Part shown: positions 13,200 through 25,244 of the stretch, piece after piece | Layout: each line of letters begins with the position of its first letter | How positions within the stretch are numbered: position 1 is the stretch's first letter | Assembly: GCF_016432865.1 (NCBI RefSeq) | Contig: NC_067399.1 | Coordinates: 643,684,001 to 643,748,000 of the forward strand | Origin: Antechinus flavipes | Lineage: Eukaryota | Length of the DNA stretch: 64,000 bases | Direction: 5' to 3' | The notes under the pieces: generated by a model | What the model saw: only the letters and a program-made list of their open reading frames with translations | Databases searched by the model: none | Told to the model about the DNA's origin: nothing | Position numbers and translations under genes: made by a program

Positions 13200-14990
13200 T
13201 AACTATCACACTCCTTGCTAACCAATCAGTATATACGAGTTTATAATCATAGCAAAACCTTAGATTTCTACTTTTCATTTTGACAAATCCACTAGAGCTC
13301 TATGGTGGGAGATAAGAGATTCAGATGAATTTCTTCCAATTATTTTTTAAGAACTTCTAGTGAACTACTAGGTAGATGTGGTTGATTATAATTAAGACTC
13401 CCAAAACCAAGCTGATTATCAAATCACAAGGTACATGTGGGACAATGTCTGCTTCAACTTCATCTTAATCCTATTATTAGGCAGACTCTGGTGCAGGATC
13501 TAACTCATGAGAATACGTAGATTCCCAAAGCAAAACATCTGGCAATACTGGGAAAAACTCATCTTCTTCCAGTCCTATAAAATGGTTGGATTGCTCCATC
13601 AAGCCAAGTAATCCACAGTAATACTTAAGTGAGAGGGTACAGGATTGTATTTAGATTATATGTTTTTCTCAGGGACTTATAAGGGCTTGGTTTCCTGAAC
13701 CAATGTCAAAGAAGGCATCCCTATTATTTTAACTACCATTGATGTAACACAAGTATATAGTCTAGGGTATATAAATCTTTTGGACCTGTACCGAATTCAT
13801 GAACTTAGCACTATTCAACTCTCCCATGGCCAAGAGAGACAACAACCATGAAGAAGAAGACCTAGGAGTTTAACTATAAGGGTCAGAAAGAGCCAATCAG
13901 TGAATCAAGAGGTGAGGTACGGTTGCTGTAAGAATGAGAAATAATAGGGGATTCTGCTTTTCAAATTACTCAACTGCAGATATCTTCTTGTCTGGGTAGG
14001 GCAGTGTGGCAGGGAAATAAAGGTAACTTTAAGTCTTTTTATTTTCTGAATTGCACTAGCTACACCAGTTCTTCTCCACCCGCTCCCTCCAAGATGGGAA
14101 GTGCAAGAGGGTCTACCAAAAGATGGGCTATGATTAGAAGAAAGACTTGATGTATACATAAGGCTCAATGAGAGCAAGCATGTCATTATCATGTCCACCT
14201 GGTTTAATTTATTCCAAAGGGAGTGGCCAAGTCATCCAAAAATGGATCTGCCAGAGAAGTATTCCCTGTCAAATCTTTTTGACTGAGGGTCCAGAAAGAA
14301 CTGTCATGTTTTATCATGATCCCTTTTACTTGTTAGAGCTGATAAATTTGCTTATTAGTAATCTTGGCTCTAATAAGAGAATCACCATGAGCTCTTGAAA
14401 AAGTCCCTACTCTGTTGTCTAACAGGGTATTTATTATCTCTGAAGCTGAAGTAGCCCAGAATACAGTCTGACTGGTTAGGCAGGCCACTGAGGTCCACTT
14501 GGTCCAGGATATTAAGAAACCTAAAGGATAAAAGTCTACTAACAACTTGCTCTTGGCTAAGAAGCCTGGAAAGTTTGTGGCACACAAGATGTAAAAATGG
14601 AGCCAGAACCTACTACCCACCCCTACTCTGGCCTCTACTGCTTAAATGCCAGGAATTTGTGGCCTTCAGAGATCTCAAATGTCTTAAATGCATCTTGGTT
14701 AATTTGCTAGTGGTCTGCTGGTAGAGCCCTTTAGTTTCTGGAGTCTCATATGGGGGAGCTGGCATTATGGTGAATAATTCTGCCATTATAGATATAACTT
14801 ATCCATTCTGGAAAAATAATGTCATATATGATTCAAGACCCACATGGGCAAAAGAGACAGAAAATTAAGTCTAGTCTTTAAAAAACCCAAAAACATATAA
14901 ATAAAACAAAACAAAACAAAAATCCCTACTAGGCTAGAAGAGATACTTCTTTCTACATATTTCAAAGGCATTGATTGGATGGGCAAGTCA
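13200..14990 (+). mobile_element. Decayed Ty3/Gypsy pol relic: RT C-terminus, RNase H, integrase, GPY/F, probable chromodomain
   Basis: In order: RFLLFIL, NFFQLFFKNF at 13328-13357 (cf. NFYRRFIKNF), LHLNPIIRQTLV (cf. IHPDPSRQFVV), FFS, WT..NL..AKRDN at 13781-13843 (cf. WTDHKNL..AKRLN), SSCLGRAVW, LLHPLP..W..GLP at 14071 (cf. LLRPLP..W..GLP), IPCQIFLTEGP at 14261-14293 (cf. IPSDIVSDRGP), ENHHELLKKSLLC (cf. ERxNxxLExxLRC), AEVAQN at 14445-14462 (cf. AEYAQN), GY* (cf. GYQ), FVAFR at 14656 (cf. FVGPFR), IID..IYDSR at 14785-14838, IDWMG at ~14970-14984. Confidence 0.66.
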
Positions 14991-17243
14991 AGTCAAGTAG
15001 ACAAGCAAATTGCCAGAATTCAAAACTGGGGAAATCTAGAGATTATTGAAGTTCCAAAACAGAGTTCCAGGGAGCTATTTCTTTCACTGAATCAAACTAT
15101 TTTCCTTTAGCTTGGGTCTTTTTTATTGCAGTTATTTATGAGACTCTTGTCACTCTCCTTATGAATCTTCTTCTTCTTAAGTGATCACTGAGCTCTGTTC
15201 CCATATAACCTAGTTCTATCTTTCCAAATAACTGCTCTCTCAAGTGAAAAAATGTCATTGTCTTCTTCCAAAAGCCATTCCCAATTTCTACCAATGGCAT
15301 AATCACTCTCCAGAATCACTGTAGACTTAGGACTTCAGTATGACTTTGACTCCTCTCCTGTAACTCTTTGCTTCATTTACAAAATCTTCAGTGACTATTG
15401 GCTGAGTGAGTCACTTGAGATCCTCCACAATTTGCTTCTTGAGTACCTCTGCAACCCCTCCCCAGGGTCTCCGTTCCAGCTAACCTGCACTATCACTGCT
15501 CCCTGAATGCGAATCTCTGATTCTACCTACAAGTGGGAGAACTTACATTTTTATTCCCTTTTCATTTCTGCCTTTTAGAGTCTTCTTTCAAGGCTCAGCT
15601 CAGGTATTATCATCTCCTCCGTGAAGGCTTCCCAGATGCTACAATTTGGGGGTGCTCTCTCTTCAGAAACCCTTCCAATCTTCCAAGTACTTGCTTCCAA
15701 GGCCATGTACCACCTCTGTATCCTCTAATACACTCAGCAGAAAGTAAGCTTCTCAAGGTCAAAACTGGTTTCCCATCGTATTCCACTGGTCATCGTCTAG
15801 TCCAGGCCTTTGAGGAAAGCACAAATGCTGAGCAGACAACCTCTCTACTCTCTGCCCTGGCCATACAGGAGCACAACCTGCCATTGGAATGGCCTACTTT
15901 AGGAACCAGAAGAGGGTGACCAGAATGACCATTTCCTAAGAGGAGCAAATAAGGCAACATTATGAGGGACCTAAGAATTGTGCTGGAATAGTCTGACCCA
16001 TGGGAGAAATGCTCAAATTACTTCATTTACCTCCAGAAGGCAGAAGTGGGAGCAGTGAGAAGATAATAAAGGTCAGATAAGTTTCATGTGACAAAAAAAA
16101 TGCTTCAACAATTAGGCTACACAGAAGTAGAACAAGGTGCTTTGTGAGAAAGGCCCCAAAATGGGAGCTAGATGGCTTTATCGTGGACATATTACAGAAG
16201 CTGGAAGAAGGGAGGCCCTTCCAATACAGACAGCTTAACTATCTCACAAAGGATTATAGTACATTACCTCCAAACAAAGGAACCTTTTTTATGTTCTGAA
16301 TCTGCCTAAGACAATGTACAGAAGATTACAAAATTACAAATGAAGCTAATTTCAGTGAGATTGGTGTATCTGGGACCATCTTCTAGGCTAATCCATCTAG
16401 CTTCAAAAGCAGCACTTACTGAGTGTTCATTTGCAGATTATTTATAGGAGATAGGACTTTCTAAAATAAACAAGTATTTGTAAAGTCAGAAAAGATATTA
16501 TTGGTAATCCTAAACAAAAAGACATGATTTGTCCATGGATTATTCCAAAAAGCTAAGCTATCAATGTTTCTGAAAAATCACTATCATTAGAAAGCAGAAC
16601 CATATTGTTCTTTTCTGTTTTGTTAATAAAGCATTTTAATGATTGTGCTTATTATACTGATCTAGACTGGAAAGGTGACAACATTTTTTTTGGTGACCTT
16701 TAATGTACTATTTATATACTTGAATTCTATGAAATAAAAATCTAATAAGTCACGTGATACAGTCTTACTTCCAGTTTGGAAAACTTGTGCCCATCTTGCT
16801 AAGTAAGCCCTTTTACAATTATCCCATAGAGATCTATTCTCACCTCCATTTATTTTGAAATTAATAAATAAAGCATGAGAAAATTTTCATAATGGTATGA
16901 GAATGCTCATTTAGTTTTGTAACAAGATCAATATGAAGGAGATAAAGCAGATAGATCTATCCTACCCCAATTTAATATCTGTTTTCTCAATCACATTCTA
17001 AATGATAACTACAAAAATGAATATATTTTTAACTGTGGAGGTTCAGGATAACAGGGCTTTCTGGCTTTCTTCAAACTCCAGACATAAATCAAAGAAGTAT
17101 CTTCCTAAGATCACTTCTCGGATTTTTCTCTTATCTATGAAAATGATTCCAAATATCGAATGTCCATCAGAATTCAAGGACAAAATTGAAAAATTCATCA
17201 TTAATTCCTATAACTGGAAAAAAATTAAATGCCCAATTTCTTT

Positions 17244-17284
17244 TACACACACACACACACACAAACACACACCCACACACACCC
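17244..17284. repeat. Imperfect (AC)n microsatellite
   Basis: Directly visible. Confidence 0.9.
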
Positions 17285-17489
17285 ACTCCTCAAAATAAAA
17301 CTTGAGAAAACAAAGGGGAAAAAAATTCTGATTCACTGTAAAGTACAGATTATGTTTAGAGTTCAATCTTGTTAGGAAAAAAGATAGCACTGCAAAGAGT
17401 AGTAAAAGCTCAGAATTTGAAATGGAAAAACCTGAAACCTGAATTGGAATGCCTCCTCTGCAATTTGCTATATGATTTATTCAGCTAAT

Positions 17490-17720
17490 TCACATTTATT
17501 CAATGCTTACTATGTGTCAGGTATTATGTAATCTCATTTGATCCTAACAACAACCCTGGGATGTAGGTGTTATTATTCTTCTCATTTTACAATTGAGGAA
17601 ACTGGGACAAACAGAAGGTAAGTGACTTGCCAAGATCACACAGCTGTTGAGTACTTAAGACTAACTTTGGTCTCAGGTCTTCCTGATTCCAGGCCTGTGA
17701 CTCTGTGCACTATGACACCC
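17490..17720 (-). mobile_element. MIR-family SINE
   Basis: cattttacaattgaggaaactggg...gtgacttgccaagatcacacagc core. Confidence 0.7.
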
Positions 17721-18173
17721 CCCATCAACCTCACCTAAGGAAGACAGGTAAAATTTCTTAACTTCTCTAGGCCAAAATCTTCTTCTAATTCTTAATCCTA
17801 TAGTTTCATGAACAGAATTCCAAGACTTAAATTAATGATATGTAAAGCCAGAATATATAGGAAAACCCATGGTTCTTCAATTTTTTTTCTCTTCTTAATT
17901 GCAACTCCCTTTCAGATTTTTTCTGAAATTTTTGTTTAAAAAGTAGGAGCCCCAAACCATTTGTTGTATGAGCTTTATAAGTTATATCTCTCAATAAAAA
18001 ATTTTTATCCTAAAATTTCTTTAACCTCATCCCATTCCTGTTACAAAGAAAAGTTCTAAATGAAACAAGCCATCAGGAAAAGATTAACATCACATTTTTT
18101 TCCTTTTTCTTTTTAAAGAACACAGCAGGAAATACCTAAAATACTTCACCACATTACCCTAGTTCCTTCTTAC

Positions 18174-18294
18174 CATGGTCAAGGATTATTAGCTGAGCTC
18201 CAGCCTGTGAATTTCCAACATCATTCTCTGCAATGCACTGATAAAATCCTTCATCTGATTTCACCAGACCCAAAACCTGAAGATTATGTTCCTT
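18174..18294 (-). CDS. NEO1: Neogenin coding exon (exon 7 equivalent), C-terminal half of Ig4
   Basis: tttttcAG acceptor and ATG|GTAAGA donor; 121 bp. Translates [40 protein letters not shown]. Confidence 0.97.
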
Positions 18295-19189
18295 CTGAAA
18301 AATAAAAATAATTTTATCATTCAATTATTGAACATTACTGTAAGTATAAACAAAAAGTGATCTAAATTTCATATGGTTGAATGTCTTTTAAACCTCACAT
18401 TAATGAACAAGGACCCACAATATTTCTAACATAGATCTGCATCTAAGCTCTACATCTTCTTGTGAGGACACACACAAGGAAAACTTTTGATAGTAGATTT
18501 ATCTCTAGCAAAATGGCAATCAGTATCATATGGTCACATTTAATATCATTGGTAACATGACCTCAAGAATATTTATTAGCAAAGTTAAAATACTTTTCTG
18601 AGACACTCACTTTAAAACTGAACTTTGATACTTCACACATCAGGACACAATGACATGCTGTAATTAACAGGTAAAAATATAGCCATTCATTAAAGAAAGA
18701 GATAAAAGAATGAAATGGTAATTCAGTTTTGACAGATAGATTTCTATTTAGTTTAATTTTTTGGGAGAATGCAAGATGTTTTGTTGTGTATTTCACTCAC
18801 ATCATTTTAGGGTATAGCCTGTGAAGCACAATCAGGTATGTGATTATAAAGAAATACCCAAACACTAAACCTTTAGTGACATAATCTAGATTTCAAATTA
18901 TCATTAGGTATTTATAAGATTTTTTTTACATGCATTAAAGTATTATATTCATCTTCAGTGCTAAGCCTTAAAGAATTCTGATATGAGTATACTTATGAAA
19001 ACAAAGACATATGACCAGGGTGATAGGGAAAAGGCAGGAGGGCTTCATGAACTTTGGTCAGAATAAGTCCATTCATATTCTGTTTTGAACTTTTTTTCCC
19101 TAAAACTGGGCCTATTTGGAACATTTGTGCAATACAAAAATAATGATGATGTTAATATGGTGCATTAAGGTTTAAAAAGCAGATAATTC

Positions 19190-19342
19190 TAGGATATACT
19201 GCAACATATCCAACATATAAAGGACTGCTTGCCATCTAGGGGAGGGGGTGGAGGGAGGGAGGGAAAAAAAAATCGGAACAGAAACGAGTGTCAATATAAA
19301 GTAATTATTAAATAAAAATTAAAAAAATAAAAAATAAAAAAT
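19190..19342 (+). mobile_element. Very young 5'-truncated L1 3' end with poly(A)
   Basis: Perfect 16-bp TSD aaaaagcagataattc (19174-19189 and 19343-19358), TTT|AAAA endonuclease site, A-rich tail. Identical to the reverse complement of the 3' end of the 46601 element. Confidence 0.9.
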
Positions 19343-20208
19343 AAAAAGCAGATAATTCACAACAATATTGTGAGACAGGAACAGAGATTTCTGAGATATA
19401 TTCCCTTTTGGAAGACTTGAGACAAAAGCTGAAACAGAATGGAGGATATTAGCCTACTTTTCTCCTTAAAGAATTTAATGTATGTTTAACCAAAAGAAGA
19501 CATTAAAAAGGCAAGAAAGATAGATGATAAATGAAACAAATCAATATTCTAAGGCTCAGAAAGACAAAGCAAGTTCATCAAAGTCACACAGTTTTTAAGA
19601 GGCAGAACGGGGCCCTTAACAGTTTTCAACTAGTATTGGAGAGATTATTTGCGATCTTGTATATGGGTTGTTTCAATTACCTAATGATAATGATAATGAT
19701 AATTGTACAATGTGTTATTGTTTTGCAAAATACTTTCCAATACATGAGATGAAAGGGATCTTGGAAGTCATGTAGTCCAACCTTATCATCTGAACAGAAG
19801 AAAAAATGAAGACCCAGAAAAACAAAATACTTTGCCCGAGGTCATATAAGTTATAATTTGTGGCACTCAAATATCAATTCTTTGACTGGAGAACCAAGCA
19901 AAGTTAAAATCCATGTCATAAAGAGAAAGAATGTTGGATAGCTGAGTCCTGATCATGCCTTAGTTAGCGTCATATCTGAGGAAATCATTAAGCTCTTCTG
20001 AGGTCTCTATTTGGACTTCTTTTTACCTGGACATTGTCCTGTTACTAAGAACTGCACCACAGCCTCAATATTCTTGGGACTTAACTTGTGTGGACCAGAC
20101 TTTCAGGCCACTCCATTAGAATGCATACATGCTGAGGGCTTACTTAACTTGTATCCCAGTGATTAGTTCAGTGCCTGGAATATTAGAACAATATAAATAT
20201 GTGCGCTT

Positions 20209-20213
<5 letters not shown>

Positions 20214-20273
<60 letters not shown>
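20214..20273. repeat. (CT)~26 microsatellite followed by (GT)4
   Basis: Directly visible; ~130 bp from the exon 6 donor. Confidence 0.95.
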
Positions 20274-20396
20274 CTAGGATTTTTTATAAATATTTTTAAG
20301 TCTTTAGCTGTAAGTAAATGATCCAAGTTAGAAATAAAGTCACTCTTTGCAAGTATACATTGGAGAATTGGAAACATCCTTTGAAAAAATACTTAC

Positions 20397-20551
20397 GACA
20401 ATCTTAAAGTAATCACTTGGGATGACCATGTCACCATTCTTAACCCATTTTACAGTTGGTGTGGGTTTCCCAGTCACTTCACATTCAAACACAATATCCA
20501 TAGACTCATGTGCATATATATTAGCAGGCTTCTTCAGGAATTCTGGTGAAG
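20397..20551 (-). CDS. NEO1: Neogenin coding exon (exon 6 equivalent), N-terminal half of Ig4
   Basis: Pyrimidine tract plus caaAG acceptor and GTC|GTAAGT donor; 155 bp. Translates (A)[51 protein letters not shown]. Confidence 0.97.
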
Positions 20552-20884
20552 CTTTGAAAGAAAAAGGACAGGAAAAAAAATGAATATAACCTAAAGAGAC
20601 AAATGTTGATAATCCAGCCTTACTACTTAGAAACTGGGAGTTTCCATGTTTCCTTTTTTACTACAACCTAGAGGATTCCTGAAACTAACTGCTGAGAGCA
20701 TAAACTGGCCACAAATTGATAACAAAGAACAGATGTTGGGAATTAATAATAAAAATAAATTAATTACTGGGTATAATTAGAAAATTCACTTTGACTTATT
20801 AGACCCTTTCTACATGTTTGCTGATAAAATTATCTAGGTTGAAAAAATAAAACAACAGAAACACTTTAACTGTAACAATATTAA

Positions 20885-21105
20885 CAAATACTACGATTGC
20901 TGTTGCCCAGTCCTTTCAGTGATGTCCATCTCTCTGTGACCCTGTGGGCTTCCATGCCAAGTGTTTTTGGGGGAGATACTCTGGGAGTAGTTGCCATTTC
21001 CTTCTCTGGTGACAGAGATAAGTGACTTTTCCAAGGGCACACAAGCAAGTAAGTTTCTGAGGCTAGATTTAAACACAGGTCTTTTTGACTCCAAGTCCAA
21101 CACAC
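20885..21105 (-). mobile_element. CORE-SINE with RTE-derived tail
   Basis: gagtagttgccatttccttctct (reverse complement of the Bov-A/BovB 3' motif) joined to a MIR-like head. Confidence 0.6.
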
Positions 21106-21139
21106 TTTCTTAAATTATATTATATTAGGGAATATTTGT

Positions 21140-21380
21140 AATGTTGTCATTCAGTCATTTCAGTTGTGTTCAAGTCTTTGTAACTCCATTTGAGGTATGC
21201 TTGGCAAAAGCAGTGCAGTGGTTGGCCTCTGCAGCTCATTTTACAGATGAGGAAACTGAGGCAAACAAGGTAAAGTGACTTGGTTAGGATCACACATCTA
21301 GGAAGCGTCTGTGGCCAGATTTTCACACAGATCTTCCTGATGCTGGGCTCAGTGTTCTATGTGTTTTACCATCTGGCTCC
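21140..21380 (-). mobile_element. MAR1-type CORE-SINE
   Basis: ttgtcattcagtcatttcagttgtg...gcagctcattttacagatgaggaaactgaggc. Confidence 0.72.
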
Positions 21381-24300
21381 TCAAAACTTGTAATATTAAC
21401 ATGGAATTGAAACTAGCCTCACTTTCTTCACTTTAAACAATTTCACATTTTAGAGAACAAGATAGCTATATGATGTGAGAGGAATACATGACAGACTGAC
21501 TATATGAACAGGTTCATAGACAACAGGTTATGATAAATAACACCACAGAAGCATAGTGCCAATAAGGTTTCTTTCATCCTATTTGGATATCCCTTCTAGC
21601 CCACTCTGGACAGTCAATATAGCCTATTGTGAGAATATATTATGTACCTCTTACTTTTTCAAAAGCATCCAATAAATTCACCATACTAGTTTTAAAGGTA
21701 TCAGAAGTGATAGTTTCATTTATTTCCTTTTTCTTTCTTTTTTTTTGGGGGGGGAGGGGAGAGAGGAGAAACAGATCATAATTATCACTACTCTACTCTC
21801 CCTTAAAAGGAAAAAAATACCCAATCATATTGTTTTCCTTCAAATAAAACAAATCCAAACATTGGTCATGTCTGAAAATGTATGTGTCAGGCTGAATCTT
21901 GAGCCCATCATCTGTCTGTTAAAAAGTAGAAAGCTTACTTCCTCATCAATCCTCTGGAATGATGTGGCTAGTCATTGCATGGTTCAATATTTTTAAGTCT
22001 TTCAAAGTCATTTTTCTTACCATATAATAGCTACTGTATAAATTAATCTCCTGGAAGTATTCAGTACAAACAAGTCCTTTCCTTTTTATCATTTCTTATA
22101 ATAGTATTATTCCATTATATCCATATACCATAATTTGTTTATCTATTCCTCGAGAAATGCTCTCTTAAAAGTACTTGGCATAGAGCCTGGCACATAGTAG
22201 ATACTATGTAAATGCTCATTATCATCATCATCACCACAAACATAAAGGTGCATTTTTATGAATATTTCTATACATACAAGTCACAAGACCATATTAAGAA
22301 CTGGGAAGAATTTTAGGCCATTAAAAGAAAACCAAGAGGTTTTTATCCAAGATACAGGATGGCATATGGCAGAGGCAGGATTTAAACTGGAAGAACCCGC
22401 CAATCTCCTTTTATGTCTTCCATGCTACAATCCTTACTTGATCTCCTTGGGGCCTATGCTGAGGAGCGGTGACACAGCTGAGAGGATAGGGACAGTGTAA
22501 TGACATTCCAGAACGCTAGGTCTGTATAGCATTGGTCATCTTCCCTTTTTATCGTCTTTGCTAACCTGAGGGAGAACTTCAGGTTTTAATTTGCATTTCT
22601 CTTAGGGTTGCTGACAGAGTAATTTTCTTCTTTTGAGAAACTCTTATTTTTATCCTTGGACCATTCCAAGGTGAAAAGACTGCTGGGTAATGATGGAAAA
22701 AGAAGCCTCAAGAATCAGCACTTGAGCTTAGAAAGAATCCTAGTTGCTAGCATTTAACAGTGTTCACGTGGCACCAGGCTAAGTGCTTTTCAAGTGAAGT
22801 GATGTCCCTTTTACAGCCTCCAGTTCTCTCTATCCCTCCTTTGGTCAAGTACTAACCCCTTTCCATTGCTTCAGAAGGGGTCTCCTCTCAGCTCTTTGCT
22901 GAGCTTATGATGGTGGAGTTAATCATTTGCAAGATGGTCAGCTGAATAGTAAAGAAAGTGCTGAATTAGAGCCTGTAAGTTTTAGCCTAACTCTTCTTTC
23001 TAGGTATGTGAGATCTGCAATTTTGATTCTACGTTGTAGCATTTCAAGATTTCCATACAAATGGCAATAATGGAGGTGTTTTAAAAAATGAGTTTTTATG
23101 TGTAGAAGCACCCTGGAATAACTGAAAGCACTGTACAATTTCCCCAATGCAATGAAGTCTCCTCTTTTCTTTCTCTTTGATTCTAGGTCAAATTAGGTTT
23201 ATTTCATTTAAAGAATAGCTGATATACCACTGTTCAAACATTTTTAAAAGTTTCATTACAGAAACTTCACTTTAAAAGAGATGCTAACCTGATGCTATTT
23301 ACATAAACAATATTTGATAAATATACTTAACAGGCAGTTATTAAAAGAATGTGCTGAACAACCTTATAAAATCATCTGGGCAGTATACATTATTAATCTT
23401 TTTTTGGGGTTTTCAATGATATAAAAAAAAAAACCCAATCACTTTTTGGATGGTTATGAATCTCACTGAGGAGGCTCTGTAGTATTTTTAAGTTTGACAA
23501 AATCAGCACATCCTCAACAAATGGGAATCTGAAAAATTCCCTAAAAAGAATTCTTCTTTGTATACTCTGCATGGGATATATTTCAACAAAACAATGAATA
23601 TCTCTGGTGAGTTTCTATCTTGGATTTCTATCTTGAAACTGATAGCAGAGGACAATTTTTATTGATTATCCTCTGGGTTATGAATTCATCATACTGCAGC
23701 AAAATAAAGCTTTAAAGGTCCTCCAAGACAGCTTTTTTCATCATGTTAAGCTCATATAATACCAATAGTAATACTGATAACTTACTGTTTCTTTTTAGAC
23801 TGTAATCAATTACAATGAGACAATATAAAATACTATCAGACTAATTCAATGACTTAAAAATAACTATTTTTGAAGATGAGTATGTAGCTGAACTTTCCCA
23901 ATAATTGGGAATCCTCCAATTTACTTTAAAATAATACCTCAGAAAAACATGACAATATTTATGTGAACTGACACAAAGTGAAGGGGAAAAAATACAAATC
24001 ATTATGCCCATAACACTAATGTCACAATGATAATCAATTGTGAAAAACTTAGCTACCCTAAGGGACTCAAGATGAAAAAAATACTATCAATTTTCAGAGG
24101 GAGAATTGATTTACTCTGACTTTAAAGTGAAGCATAACTTTCTCACTTTACTTTTCTTATTTTTTCTTGGAAATATGGTTAATATGGAAATATGTTTTGA
24201 ATGACATCACATGTATTGCTTTTTTGATGTTTGTTTCTGATTGATATAGATATTGCAATTGATAATTACTTGCTTTCGAGTGGTTGTGAGAGGATGTGAG

Positions 24301-25244
24301 AAGAAGAGAGAAAATTTGGACCGCAGATTTAAAAAGAACGGAAGTGTTAAGATAAATAACAAATTTTTAAAATAAAAATAAGTTGGGAGAAAATGGCCAC
24401 TTTGGGATATTAATAATGTCCTCTCAAATGCCTTTTGAAGAATAACAACATTTGTGATTTTTAAAAATTTCTCTGTATGTTCTGATATTTTGAAAATTAA
24501 TCCTTTAGTATCCTTTTTTTCAATATATTGTGGGCCTGGTCCAGTTGCTTTTCTTGCTTTCAATTTGAAACTATTGGTAGAAAATTAATCCATAACACTA
24601 GCTTTTCACACCTTCAGCTACATAACTCTCAATTTATAACTCCTGAGCCAGAAACAGTAAATTATGCAAAAGATAGCAAACTATAATGTCATAACTTAAC
24701 AAAAAATGTCAATATGCTTTTATTTGGGAGTCAATTAAAAGACATTTAGAAAAATATTTGGGTTTCAACTACATTTTGGTCTTTAAAAAAACCCACTCTA
24801 AGGCCATGTTGGTGTCTAATTAGAGTTCTAAAATTTATTAAACAACAACAAATTAAAGAACAAATTAATAATTCTTTCTGCTGCTTTTCTAGTTATCATA
24901 AAAATACTATAAATTTAATCAGATAACTCCTCCTCAGAAGCATCTGGGTTCACTGCTCCCCAGTGACCTCTGGTTTTCAAGGTAGGGATACCATGACTCC
25001 TTTTCCTCTCCTCTTACAACCTTTGCCACCATTCATCTATTTCCTTGTACTCAAATGTGTTTGACCCAATTACCAGAAATGGGTTAATTAGCAAATGAAC
25101 ACATATGTGTTACTACCTGGGATGATGGATAAGGAACATTTAGGATATCTAGGAAACTGTTCTAGTTCTGTAAGTTACTGTGGTAAACCCTGGTGAATCT
25201 GGTCTCCTCACAATGCTTAGTTTTCTCTCAGCAATGACTAGGAA

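Noticed and set aside
12492-13875. Apparent synonymous bias between the two repeat copies in a minus-strand frame
   Set aside because: A full count gave 3 first-, 5 second- and 7 third-position differences with shared stops on both sides; this is not a convincing coding signal.
13600-14660. Short matches to recalled bornavirus and filovirus proteins (TYYPP like bornavirus G, LVLHQW like bornavirus L on the minus strand, IHSNILK like Ebola VP24, LQDGK like VP35), suggesting an endogenous viral element
   Set aside because: The hits are to different proteins, on different strands, with wrong spacing; 5-6-residue matches are expected by chance at this search size. The collinear Gypsy pol explanation covers the same DNA far better.
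14455-14868. 138-codon frame with a single internal stop, as a possible domesticated Gypsy gene
   Set aside because: No start or splice signals found, and the integrase motifs in this stretch fall in three different frames, so the frame is not a preserved Gypsy ORF.
15533-15919. 128-aa plus-strand ORF
   Set aside because: Overlaps an L2 3' relic and encodes no recognisable protein.
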